Assembly: GCA_021404905.1 (NCBI GenBank)
Contig: QWHN01000004.1
Span: 1 to 46,121, forward strand
Reading direction: 5' to 3'
DNA from: Candidatus Saccharibacteria bacterium CPR2
GTDB taxonomy: Bacteria; Patescibacteriota; Saccharimonadia; Saccharimonadales; QWHN01
DNA: 46,121 nt
The notes under the pieces are model-generated. The model was not told the DNA's origin and did not search any database. It saw only the letters and a program-made list of their open reading frames with translations. Positions 1-9,527 of this stretch are shown one piece after another. The number at the start of each line of letters is the position of its first letter. Positions within the stretch are counted from its first letter, which is position 1. A program made the translations under genes and the position numbers.

Positions 1-216
1 ACTCCCTTCGTATTAGTTGATTGTTGTAACCAACAGATTACGTGGAAGCCCAGTGGCTCATCAAGGATTAGATTTTCGCGTTTTGAGTGTTAATTCAGGG
101 AGTAAAGTTTGCAAAAAACTAATAAGTATAGTATAATATCCCTGTTATATAATTTGCACTGTGGATGTTAGTACTATAGTCTGTTAAATGGGCAGTAGCT
201 TAAGAGGAATGCCTTT

Positions 217-699
217 ATGAAAATACATGTAACCCACTCTGTGGGCAGAGGACCAACAAAGCTGAGCGCTTTTGATGACGCTTTATTATCTGCTGGTGTT
301 GCAAATTATAATTTAATTAGGCTAAGTTCTGTCATTCCCCCAAAATCAAAAATAATTGAGCATAGAGGTGTTATTAATGAAAATTTTGGCAAGTGGGGCG
401 ATAAACTCTATGTAGTTATGGCCGATCAACGCGTGGATATACCAAATGAAGAAGCATGGGCTGGTATTGGTTGGGTCCAAGATGGAAAGACTGGGAAGGG
501 CCTCTTTGTGGAGCATGAAGGACATAGCAAGAATACTGTAGAAAGAGATATACGCGATAGTTTAAACAAACTAGTCGAAGGCAGAAAAGATGTTAAATTT
601 GGCGAAATAAACATGATTCTTTCCGGTGCTACCTGTAATAGCGAACCAGTTTGCGCACTAGCTATAGCAGTTTATGAATCTAGTGGCTGGACAAATTAA
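217..699 (+). CDS. pdaD: Pyruvoyl-dependent arginine decarboxylase
   Basis: G.GPTKLSAFD.AL..AGVANYNLIRLSSVIPP matches the PdaD/PvlArgDC N-terminus, including the Ser-Ser autocleavage site (LS|SVIP); 160 aa is typical. Confidence 0.85.
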   Translation: MKIHVTHSVGRGPTKLSAFDDALLSAGVANYNLIRLSSVIPPKSKIIEHRGVINENFGKWGDKLYVVMADQRVDIPNEEAWAGIGWVQDGKTGKGLFVEHEGHSKNTVERDIRDSLNKLVEGRKDVKFGEINMILSGATCNSEPVCALAIAVYESSGWTN

Positions 700-726
700 C
701 CTAACTTATGCATTAGGAGAACTATT

Positions 727-1482
727 ATGACAGAATCAATACATCAATTTACGAGCAATAACCCCGAATTTTTAGTTGATGAAGTTGGGGAAACCATTGA
801 AGAAGAAAGTATTGGCAGAATAAGGCGTATTGGCAGAGCAGCGGTAGATTTATATGAAAGAGCAAAATATAGATTTGAGTATTCAACAGTAGCATTTAAT
901 AACGACCCCGTACACTATACGAAACGTGCAATCGAAGGCGCAGTATTATTTACACAAATAACACCTTTGAATGAAGCCTTAAGATTCAGTGCAGGTGGAG
1001 CTGCAATTGCTGCTGGTGCTGATCCTGTGGTAACCGCAGGTGTTTATGGCGCATCCACAGCGCTAATAGAAGGTTCTGCTGCTTTAGCGACGGCAAGCTG
1101 GTTAGATACCGAGAATAGCGACAAGGCAATTAGATGGTTTAATGATAAGTTAGAAAAGCGTGGAATCTCAGCTGATACTAAATTTAGCGCACTGACAAAA
1201 ACGTGTATTGCCATGATAGGGGGGACAGCAATCGTCCAGGCAGTAAAACATAGAGAAGATCCGGAACGTACAAAGAACGAAAATCGTCGATATGGATTAA
1301 AATCAGCCGCAGGTTTAGCTGGCATGACGGCAGTTCAAGGCTACTTAGTTGCAAAGGGCATTGATGCTCCTGATCCCCTAACCATTGGCGGCGCATTATT
1401 AGCCGTTGGCGGAACTGTAGGTATTTATAAATGGGGACGCAGAAAAATTGCACGCGAACAGGATACGCAAATTACATCTTAG
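727..1482 (+). CDS. Hypothetical membrane protein with Gly/Ala-rich hydrophobic helices
   Basis: 251-aa ORF with RBS (aggag); several small-residue-rich hydrophobic segments, e.g. PLTIGGALLAVGGTVGIYKW, then a basic tail. Confidence 0.6.
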   Translation: MTESIHQFTSNNPEFLVDEVGETIEEESIGRIRRIGRAAVDLYERAKYRFEYSTVAFNNDPVHYTKRAIEGAVLFTQITPLNEALRFSAGGAAIAAGADPVVTAGVYGASTALIEGSAALATASWLDTENSDKAIRWFNDKLEKRGISADTKFSALTKTCIAMIGGTAIVQAVKHREDPERTKNENRRYGLKSAAGLAGMTAVQGYLVAKGIDAPDPLTIGGALLAVGGTVGIYKWGRRKIAREQDTQITS

Positions 1483-1540
1483 CCCTATGTTAAGGCTTAC
1501 AAACTTATTATTCACAAAGAATTAACAATAATTTATTCCC

Positions 1541-2800
1541 ATGAAGAAAATAGTAGATATTTCCGAAACTAACGAGACTATTCATGATGCAGATGTTCTT
1601 TCTATAGAAATGAAACAAGATATTTTTTTAGAGCCAGAGATAGTCGACAAATCATTAGAGTTTTATAGAAACTTAAACACTGGCGCTGAATGTGATAGCC
1701 CTCAATTTCAAGGTTTATCAGATGATGAATTTATTTCATCTTTGCAAAACCCATATGTAATAAAAGAAGTAATCGGTTTATCATCCGAAGATGAAGTTGT
1801 ATTACCTATATTTATACCAATTACCTATAGTCTATGGCACAGTCCAACCTTTTACAGGGAAAAGTCTGGCAACGATGAAAAAAATATCTTTTATTACAAC
1901 GTGATTCCTGAGTTAACTAGAGTTCTTAGTGATGCTCGCTATAAGCAACACACTATGATAATTAATGAGCTGGCAAAAGATAAGGCTGTATTGGTTTTTG
2001 ACTTTCGGGAAGATCATGAGCTAGAGGGTATATCCATCATTGAGGACACATTGGAAAATGCTAGAGTTCAATATGAACATATAAAGCTTGGAGCTGAAAA
2101 TGAAGATCAGAATCAAGCATACCAGACCCACTACTTATTGAGCCTAAATAGGACGCAACAAGCATTGCCGCTTAAAGTAGAAAAAGCTAGTACAATGCTA
2201 AATTATGACGTGTACAGATTATTTATTGAAGGGAACAGTGTTTTTGCAAATTTAAATGCATCAGCTGAACAGATAATTGAAGGTCAGGAATTAATAGACT
2301 TGTGGGAAATATATGACAGAATTTTTAGTACTGTGTCATTAACTTCTCCTATAAGACAAGGTCTTAGCAAAGAAGAATTTGACGAATTTATGAGAGATCC
2401 TAGTACTACAAAGATTGTAAGAAGGTCTGACGGTAAAATTGCAGCTTTAGGCTTTTTCGTTGAGCATCCTAGTCAATGCAAGTGGTTGAACACAGAATAT
2501 TATAGAAATTTGTTAGGGGATAATGCTTTGCAGCATAGATTCTTATATTTTCCAGGTATTTTAACTAACGATAATTCCAGAGGCCTGCGTTATAGCCAAG
2601 ATATAATCGATACTGTCGGTGCAATTTATGCTGTGAAGGGGGTTAACCCTTATGTTGCATTTGAGTGTTGCGACATGAATGCTAGATTTCTGCCGGAGTT
2701 AATCAGTAATTCTATTAATGCAACTAATTTATACAATAGTGGTAAGAGTCAAAAAATTGCTGCTCAAAAATATTTTGCGGTTCACTTAAAATCGAAATAA
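1541..2800 (+). CDS. Hypothetical protein with internal two-domain duplication, possibly tandem GNAT-like
   Basis: 419-aa ORF; the halves share SPQFQGLSDDEF..L.NP / SPIRQGLSKEEF..M.DP and W.SPTFYR / WLNTEYYR. The GNAT fold is inferred only. Confidence 0.5.
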   Translation: MKKIVDISETNETIHDADVLSIEMKQDIFLEPEIVDKSLEFYRNLNTGAECDSPQFQGLSDDEFISSLQNPYVIKEVIGLSSEDEVVLPIFIPITYSLWHSPTFYREKSGNDEKNIFYYNVIPELTRVLSDARYKQHTMIINELAKDKAVLVFDFREDHELEGISIIEDTLENARVQYEHIKLGAENEDQNQAYQTHYLLSLNRTQQALPLKVEKASTMLNYDVYRLFIEGNSVFANLNASAEQIIEGQELIDLWEIYDRIFSTVSLTSPIRQGLSKEEFDEFMRDPSTTKIVRRSDGKIAALGFFVEHPSQCKWLNTEYYRNLLGDNALQHRFLYFPGILTNDNSRGLRYSQDIIDTVGAIYAVKGVNPYVAFECCDMNARFLPELISNSINATNLYNSGKSQKIAAQKYFAVHLKSK

Positions 2801-2808
2801 TTTTGTTT

Positions 2809-3732
2809 TTACGTTTTTTTTGAAATAGTGTATTTTTTTAAAAAAATAGAGGGATGATAAGTTAATTTTGAGCATCTGAGACCAGGAATTCCCAGGTCTT
2901 GCTCAAAGTTTATTTTTTTAGCGCCCAAGTCTAAAGCTAATCCCGCAACTTGTCTGTTTAGATAATGAAAAATTCCTTTATAAAGTATATTTGCTTTTTC
3001 AAAGTGTAGCAGCGCAAAATCCTTATCGCATTTTTCAACGATTGCAAATGCTGCTACATTTTCTTTTACTATGATTTTAATTATGTACAAATTTGATAGG
3101 TTGTTTCGTGATTTGATAATACGTAATAATGCCCTTTTTTCAATGAACGATTCATTCTCCGATAGATTTCTTGAGAGCATCCATTGTTCAAATACTGATA
3201 TCATACTGTCTATATCTGCTTGTGATAGATGTGTCATATTTTTTCTTTCTACTAATATATGTGGGCTATATATTCTACAAAAACGATTCACCGAACTTCT
3301 CTTACCTCTAAACTCGTTTGCTCTTAATTCCACTAGAGGCCATGCTGGAACTATGTAATCATGATTGTCTCTGTCTTCTTGGATCTTAACAAAATCTAAA
3401 TCTTTTATTTGCTTTATGGTCTCTTCGGGAATAAGTCTAATTTTGTTACCCACTGTTTTTAGTTCAGAAGACTTTAAGCAAATCTTTATAGTTTCTTCGA
3501 TCTTATTCATGCCAATTAAAGTTAGTATTTCATCATTACTATTTTCATAATCCGTAAGTTTTATTATTAGATTGTCGTGCAATAAAGATAGTTTAGTAGA
3601 GTCATAAACATTCCACGCCCATAAGCTTGAAAAATTGTGATCAGAATATGGTGGAAATAACTTGGTAATATTTTCAATCTCTTTCCTGTCGGATAAAGTG
3701 AGTTTAGAAAATTTTGGAAATTTTGCAATCAT
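2809..3732 (-). CDS. DUF2156 / phosphatidylglycerol lysyltransferase C-terminal-like (FemAB/GNAT-type) protein
   Basis: Motifs YSDHNFSSLWAW, DNHDYI, HFEKAN..YKGI and INFEQDLGIPGLRCSKLTYHP resemble the DUF2156 consensus (INREEDxGxxGLRxAKxSYHP). Confidence 0.8.
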   Translation of the reverse strand: MIAKFPKFSKLTLSDRKEIENITKLFPPYSDHNFSSLWAWNVYDSTKLSLLHDNLIIKLTDYENSNDEILTLIGMNKIEETIKICLKSSELKTVGNKIRLIPEETIKQIKDLDFVKIQEDRDNHDYIVPAWPLVELRANEFRGKRSSVNRFCRIYSPHILVERKNMTHLSQADIDSMISVFEQWMLSRNLSENESFIEKRALLRIIKSRNNLSNLYIIKIIVKENVAAFAIVEKCDKDFALLHFEKANILYKGIFHYLNRQVAGLALDLGAKKINFEQDLGIPGLRCSKLTYHPSIFLKKYTISKKT

Positions 3733-3798
3733 AACAACTTTTAAGCAATTACATTTATAATATTATTGAACGTACAAAATCTAAATGATTAAATCACA

Positions 3799-5964
3799 AT
3801 GATTCTACTCGCACTATCTTATGTCCCAACGCTTATACTTCTAGTGATTTTAGCAGTATTTATATTGCAGAAGAACAGCAAAGATAGAAAAAATCGTATA
3901 TTCGCACTAATTTTGTTATTTGTAGCTTTATGGCTTGTGTCTCTATATATTGCTGATTCATCTAGTAATTTAAGTTTGAGCTTAGTGTCTCTAAGGTTTG
4001 CAATGTTTTTTACAAACATAATACCCCCACTCTTTATATTATTTGCATTTTCCTTCCCGAATTATCAAAAAATCTCAAAACTACTTACTGTGCTTATAAT
4101 ACTGCCTTCAGTAGTTCTAGCCCCACTATCTTTAACTGATTTAGTTGTTAGGGAAGTAGGTCATGATTTGATGGTAGCAGAACCTAAAAATGTAGGTCTT
4201 ATGTACACGTTAATTTTAACTTATTTCTTTATTTATAATTTGGCAGCGTTGTTTATTTTAATTAAAAAGCACAAATACGCAACTGGTTCTGAAAAAGCAC
4301 AAATCAAACTCATATTTATTAGCGCTTTAGTAGCAATATTATTAAATCTCGTCGGAAATTACCTCTTTGTTTTGCTTGGTATCTCAGAATTTGCAGTGTT
4401 ACTTAATGGCCCATCGATAGTACTACTAGCTATTGGAATTACTTATGCAATTATAAGACATAAGCTGTTTGATATTAGGCTTATTGTTGCTAGATCAGTT
4501 GCATATGTGTTAACAGTAGCAACTATCAGTTTGATATACGGTTTTGGAGCATTTTCCATTTTGGGTATTTTTATATTTCAAGACCAACAAATACCATTTT
4601 CTCAACAAATAGTTTACACGTTTTTGGCTATAACATTGGTCTTTACTTTCCAGCCAATTAAGAAATTTTTTGATAAGGTTTCAAATAAAATTTTTTACCG
4701 AGATGCATATGATTCGCAGGAATTGCTGGACAATCTCGGTTCATTGATTGTAGGGCAAATAGATCTTGATGTGATAATGAGTGAAACTCTGGAGCTTCTC
4801 AACGATGGTTTGCGTCCAACAAAAAGCGTCTTTCTGCTTACCGACGAAAACAATGAATTTTATAAAAGGTATGGGAACGCGGACTTTATACGTTCCAGGG
4901 AAAAAATGATTCTTAAGGATCTTGATAGCCAACAAAATACCGTTATGATTCTGGATGAAGAAACTGATGGCATGGAGTCTTGGAAGAATCTAAAAAAATA
5001 TGATGTAGCAGTAAGTGTAAGAATGAGCACAACTACGCAAACTGTCGGCTATCTGTTACTAGGGTCTAAAAAGAGCGGGAACATATACAGTTCTCAGGAT
5101 TCAAAACTGCTAAACATTGCTTCGAGCGAACTTGCGGTCGCTACTGAAAACGCGTTGCGATTCGATGAAATCCAGAAATTCAACATTACTTTGCAGAAAA
5201 AGATCGAAGATGCTACGGCACAACTGCGGCGCACTAATGAAAAACTTCGCGCGCTGGACGAGGCAAAAGACGAATTTATCAGCATGGCTTCGCATCAGTT
5301 ACGCACACCCCTTACGTCTATAAAAGGTTATGTATCTATGTTAATGGACGGCGATGCTGGTAAGCCTAACACGGCTCAAGCAAAGTTGTTGGGAGAAGCT
5401 TTTGCCAGCTCCCAGCGAATGGTGTATTTAATCGCAGATTTGCTTAATGTCTCACGTCTTAAAACTGGAAAATTTGTCATTGAACCTACAGACATATTTT
5501 TACCAAAAGTCGTACAAGGAGAGGTGAGCCAAGTTTTGCCCAGCGCTAAATCAAAACACATAACTCTTACATATGATGCGCCGAAACATTTTCCAATGGT
5601 GTCTTTAGATGAGACTAAAATTCGCCAGGTGATAATGAATTTTATAGACAATGCCATTTACTATACACCTCAAGGTGGCAAAATTGATGTTCAGCTAATT
5701 GCCAAAAAAGATGTGATTGAATACAAGGTAGTGGATAATGGTATTGGCGTGCCGAGAGACCAACAGTCGAAACTGTTTAGCAAATTCTTTCGGGCAGATA
5801 ATGCTAAAAAAGCACGCCCGGATGGGACTGGTTTAGGACTTTATATGGCAAGCAAGGTTGTATCGGCGCAAGGCGGCTCAATAATTTTCAGCTCAGAGGT
5901 AGGCAAGGGAAGCACATTTGGCTTCTCTTTTCCACTTTCAAAAGTAAAGGCGAAGAAGTCCTAG
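3799..5964 (+). CDS. Sensor histidine kinase: N-terminal 7TM region, GAF-like domain, HisKA, HATPase_c
   Basis: Multi-TM N-terminus; GAF-like VGYLLLGSKKSGNIYSSQD; H-box SMASHQLRTPLT; N-box NFIDNAIYY; DNGIG; GTGLGL. Confidence 0.93.
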   Translation: MILLALSYVPTLILLVILAVFILQKNSKDRKNRIFALILLFVALWLVSLYIADSSSNLSLSLVSLRFAMFFTNIIPPLFILFAFSFPNYQKISKLLTVLIILPSVVLAPLSLTDLVVREVGHDLMVAEPKNVGLMYTLILTYFFIYNLAALFILIKKHKYATGSEKAQIKLIFISALVAILLNLVGNYLFVLLGISEFAVLLNGPSIVLLAIGITYAIIRHKLFDIRLIVARSVAYVLTVATISLIYGFGAFSILGIFIFQDQQIPFSQQIVYTFLAITLVFTFQPIKKFFDKVSNKIFYRDAYDSQELLDNLGSLIVGQIDLDVIMSETLELLNDGLRPTKSVFLLTDENNEFYKRYGNADFIRSREKMILKDLDSQQNTVMILDEETDGMESWKNLKKYDVAVSVRMSTTTQTVGYLLLGSKKSGNIYSSQDSKLLNIASSELAVATENALRFDEIQKFNITLQKKIEDATAQLRRTNEKLRALDEAKDEFISMASHQLRTPLTSIKGYVSMLMDGDAGKPNTAQAKLLGEAFASSQRMVYLIADLLNVSRLKTGKFVIEPTDIFLPKVVQGEVSQVLPSAKSKHITLTYDAPKHFPMVSLDETKIRQVIMNFIDNAIYYTPQGGKIDVQLIAKKDVIEYKVVDNGIGVPRDQQSKLFSKFFRADNAKKARPDGTGLGLYMASKVVSAQGGSIIFSSEVGKGSTFGFSFPLSKVKAKKS

Positions 5965-5969
5965 GCTTT

Positions 5970-6200
5970 TTAAAAGATCCATACTAGGAGCAGGTAAATC
6001 AAATAGAAAACCAGGGCCACTAAGGCTACAATGCCAATCTGAGCCAGGCGCATTAAAACTGAAACTTTGTTATCTTGCCACCACTGCCCAAATTTTGAAC
6101 GCTCAACAGCGCTGTAGCGATGAACAACAGGAGCTTGCCTCACCGCATCTTCACCAGTATATTTCTTACTCCGCTTTCTCTTATTCTTTCCCATATACAA
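5970..6200 (-). CDS. Small membrane protein (basic N-terminus, C-terminal TM helix)
   Basis: 76 aa; KNKRKRSKKY start and hydrophobic IGIVALVALVFYLIYLLLVWIF end. Confidence 0.6.
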   Translation of the reverse strand: MYMGKNKRKRSKKYTGEDAVRQAPVVHRYSAVERSKFGQWWQDNKVSVLMRLAQIGIVALVALVFYLIYLLLVWIF

Positions 6201-6225
6201 ATTCTACCACCTTACTCTAGCGATC

Positions 6226-6258
6226 TCTAATTTCCGAGGACAGTCCTTGGAAATTAGA
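6226..6258. repeat. REP-like palindrome (family A) upstream of RAYT
   Basis: TCTAATTTCCGAGGAC-A-GTCCTTGGAAATTAGA: 16-bp arms, one G.T pair, 1-nt centre. Confidence 0.85.
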
Positions 6259-6285
6259 AGTGTAGATGATATTGTTTCTATATAT

Positions 6286-6918
6286 ATGCCATCAAGAAAT
6301 ATCATCAAAGAATATGCATCGGATAGTTACTATCATGTTTACAATCGTGGCTTGAATAAATCAAAAATATTTCGCACAGATTATGATTATGCAGTTTTTT
6401 TAAATCTATTCAAAAGACATCTTAGTAAGAAACCGATACACGATAAAAAAGGGCGAGTGTACACACACTTAAGAAAAGATATTAAATTAACAGCTTTCTG
6501 CCTCATGCCAAACCATTTTCATCTTTTAATGTATCAGGAAGATGAACCACAGGCTCTCGTGACGATTATGCGTTGCGTTCTAACTAGTTATTCTAAATAT
6601 TTTAATAAGCGCTATAAAAGGGTTGGCCCGTTATTTCAAGCACGTTATAAAGCAGTTCGTATAACATCTGAGAGTTATTTGTGGCACATTTCACGTTATA
6701 TCCATTTAAATCCACTTGATATTGCAAGGGATTATAAGGCTTATCCATATTCTAGTTATCTTAACTTTACCGGAGAGCGTGATAGCGAATGGTTGAGCCC
6801 AGATATAATATTGGAAATGCATCGTGATGCAAATAACAATTACAAAAAATTTGTTGATGACTATATAAGTTATCGTGAGGATATAAGGGAATCTAAGTTT
6901 GAGCTAGCAAATTCCTAA
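6286..6918 (+). mobile_element. REP-associated tyrosine transposase (RAYT, Y1/HUH family)
   Basis: YYHVYNRG, IFR...DY..F, FCLMPNHFHLL (HUH), LFQARYKA, RYIHLNP (catalytic Tyr). Start moved from the ORF-track TTG (inside the palindrome) to the ATG at 6286. Confidence 0.9.
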
Positions 6919-6928
6919 GCATGACATT

Positions 6929-6951
6929 TTTCCAAGGACTGTCCTTGGAAA
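6929..6951. repeat. REP-like palindrome (family A) downstream of RAYT
   Basis: TTTCCAAGGAC-T-GTCCTTGGAAA, perfect 11-bp arms, followed by a partial extra arm (AACTTGGAAAT). Confidence 0.88.
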
Positions 6952-7008
6952 TAACTTGGAAATAAATGAAAAGAGGGTTTTTTATAGAGGGGTCTTATGA
7001 GGAAAAAG

Positions 7009-7040
7009 AAAACACCCCTGCGTGATTACAGGGGTGTTTT
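7009..7040. terminator. Bidirectional intrinsic terminator
   Basis: AAAACACCCCTG-cgtgatta-CAGGGGTGTTTT with A/T tracts on both sides, between convergent genes. Confidence 0.8.
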
Positions 7041-7186
7041 TGGTTGGGTATGGTTAGGTTTTTACCGATCGAATGCAAGCATTCTTCACCGTAGAGCTAA
7101 TTAAGTTAGCCTAGGATGATGGCACTACTTAACATGATGCGACTTACAGCCTAATCTAACCCAAAGCGCCTCTTGCTGATATGGAA

Positions 7187-9031
7187 TTATTTTCCAAGCA
7201 GGCTGCTACGCAAAGCACGTCGGCTTACGAGCCAGCTTCGGATACCCATTCCAAGAGCGCTTGTACTGAAGAAACCAGCTAGCACGCTACCGATACCTGT
7301 GTTAGGAAGCTCCTTAGCAGGCGGTGTTACGGGCGGCTGCTCTAAAGGTTGAACTTGTACTTTCGCGGTACATATATCTTCCTTGGTTTGCCCATCTACA
7401 TTGAAGAGCAATTTAGCAGTCACGTCGTAGTTGCCAGGTGCGGCGTAAGTGTGCTCAACTACGGTTTTATCAGTGTGGAACGGTTCTGTCCCATCACCAA
7501 AGTTATAGACGATTTTACTCAATGTTACTTTTCCTTCTGTAGTGTAAGTTACGGTAAATTTAAACTTGTCTCTAGCTAATTGTTCTACACTAAGCGCAGT
7601 ACATTCAAATATCGGTGTAACTGGCTTGTCGTCAACTTTAACCTTGGTTTTACAGTTGTCGCTGGTTACTTCTTTAACCTTGCCATCAACGTCTACCATA
7701 GCCCATACAGTAGCGGTGTATTCACCAGGCTTGCTGTATTTATGCTCAACTTCGTTTTTATCGGTTTCAAAGTTATCGGTTTTATCACCAAAGTCAAATT
7801 TGTAACCTACGATTTTTGCTCCACCCTGGGCCGTAGCTTTAGCAGTAAGTTTGTATGTATCTTTGCTAATTGCTACCGCGCTTAGCGCGTCACAAGAATA
7901 GACAGGTTTTTCACATGGTGGTTGGTCGATTTTTACAAGTGCTGTGTCGTTGACAGCACCATATCCATCTGGAGTCGCAAATGCGTTGTTCCAGAGTTCG
8001 TGTTGACCACATTGTAGCTCTGCAACATCGTTAACTTTAGCTTTGAATATAACCCACGCATTAATGTCTGGGTCATAGTTACCAATATCAACGTTTATTT
8101 GCTTACCGTTTGCCTGAATAGCACTGTCTGGATACGTATATCCGCTTGGGTAATTGCCGTTGTAAAGTTTTACACTTCCAGGAACTGGAGTCATGTTGGC
8201 TGGAACTTCATCGACAATCTTTACGCTTTTTAGCTCGGTCTTTCCGATATTGTCAAATTCAATTCCCCACTCAACTGTGTCACCTGGTTTAGCGGTGACT
8301 TCATTTTTCCAATCTTTTGAAGTTTGCCCGTCAAATCGGACTAATTTGTTAATTTTGTAGTGAGGCATATTAACTTTTACCTTAAAGGTAACAGCTACAG
8401 CGAATTCAAAGCATCCTTTGACATCACCAATACTTACACCTTTTCCTACAAGTTCGTCTGATACGGGCTGATTAATGCCGTTACCTACGAGTTTTGCAGA
8501 ACCAGGAACAAAGTCAAACTGGAAAAATCCGCCGTTATCGGCTTTTAGGTCAACAGTAGACCAAACAGATTTAGGCTGTGCATTATCTGCGTTTATAGTA
8601 GCTTTGGCCTGTCCGGATTTGATGCTGCCTTGTGGCAACTCCACCTTGACGTTGGTGTTTTTTGCAATTCCCTGACCACTGGCGTTAAGTGAAGGGTCCG
8701 CGCCGTTATGAATATAAACGTGCATGGTAATTTCATCACCTTGGCGAAGTTGGGTGAGTGTTGGGTAATATGTCTGATTTTGGTCGGCATATTGCCCGTT
8801 AAAGAATTGTCTCTCGTCACCAAATTTTGGAACATTGGTGAAAGAGTTAAAGGTTACGTAGTCGAAACCAGGGGTTCCGGGCCCGTTATAAACCTTTGTA
8901 GGCCGATCTGGCCCAAATCCTGCCACAGCAACGGCGGTTAAGCCGGCCAAAGCAGCAACTGCAATTAGAGCAAAAACTGCTTTCTTTGGCAGACGTGATA
9001 GAAAGTTAGAACGTATTTTAATGCGTTTCAT
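7187..9031 (-). CDS. Sortase-anchored surface protein with DUF11-like and two PKD domains, LPNTG motif
   Basis: Signal-like N-terminus; AKPGDTVEWGIEFDNIG..KIVDEVP (DUF11-like); two DFGD...H.Y..PG.Y PKD repeats; LPNTG + hydrophobic stretch + basic tail. The ATG at 9031 fits the AAGGAG spacing. Confidence 0.85.
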   Translation of the reverse strand: MKRIKIRSNFLSRLPKKAVFALIAVAALAGLTAVAVAGFGPDRPTKVYNGPGTPGFDYVTFNSFTNVPKFGDERQFFNGQYADQNQTYYPTLTQLRQGDEITMHVYIHNGADPSLNASGQGIAKNTNVKVELPQGSIKSGQAKATINADNAQPKSVWSTVDLKADNGGFFQFDFVPGSAKLVGNGINQPVSDELVGKGVSIGDVKGCFEFAVAVTFKVKVNMPHYKINKLVRFDGQTSKDWKNEVTAKPGDTVEWGIEFDNIGKTELKSVKIVDEVPANMTPVPGSVKLYNGNYPSGYTYPDSAIQANGKQINVDIGNYDPDINAWVIFKAKVNDVAELQCGQHELWNNAFATPDGYGAVNDTALVKIDQPPCEKPVYSCDALSAVAISKDTYKLTAKATAQGGAKIVGYKFDFGDKTDNFETDKNEVEHKYSKPGEYTATVWAMVDVDGKVKEVTSDNCKTKVKVDDKPVTPIFECTALSVEQLARDKFKFTVTYTTEGKVTLSKIVYNFGDGTEPFHTDKTVVEHTYAAPGNYDVTAKLLFNVDGQTKEDICTAKVQVQPLEQPPVTPPAKELPNTGIGSVLAGFFSTSALGMGIRSWLVSRRALRSSLLGK

Positions 9032-9066
9032 GACTATCATCTCCTTTCGTTAGATTAATTTATTTG

Positions 9067-9099
9067 CAAGGTCTGTCCCCGAAACAAGGACAGACCTTG
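9067..9099. repeat. REP-like palindrome (family A variant, AGGACAGACC)
   Basis: CAAGGTCTGTCC-ccgaaacaa-GGACAGACCTTG, perfect 12-bp arms. Confidence 0.75.
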
Positions 9100-9163
9100 A
9101 GTTAAGTTTCAAGGTTCTTCGGTTATAAATTGTTAATGTGCGCTATTTTGGTGGGCATCTTCA

Positions 9164-9189
9164 TCCTCCTTCGTCAAGACTACGGAGGA
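9164..9189. repeat. REP-like hairpin (family B)
   Basis: TCCTCC-ttcgtcaagactac-GGAGGA; related copies at 40624-40649 and about 40711-40733. Confidence 0.55.
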
Positions 9190-9361
9190 CTTCGCAAACC
9201 ACATCACTACAGTCAATTGGCACACTTCATGTATAAATTTCCAGTTTTCATTTGGCAACTTTCATTTATTTAACATTTTTCAATTCTCCAATTTCGTTCA
9301 ATGACAAATGGTAACTGGGAATTGCTAAATAAATGGTGTAACCATTTTATTGGGGTGAGAA

Positions 9362-9433
9362 CCGGACGGTGAGTGTTTGTCATTAAAGACAGACGAACAG
9401 CTTCATTGCTATTCATCACACATCACCGTCCGG
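9362..9433. ncRNA. Candidate structured RNA (three-way junction)
   Basis: CCGGACGGTGA (9362-9372) pairs perfectly with TCACCGTCCGG (9423-9433) and encloses two small hairpins; intergenic. Confidence 0.35.
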
Positions 9434-9527
9434 CGAAACTACTCCTTGCTCACCCAACACAAATGGGGGACACTGGACTTGTCAGTCTCAGATATTGTCT
9501 GTTACCAGACAAGCCCAGCGCGGGAAG

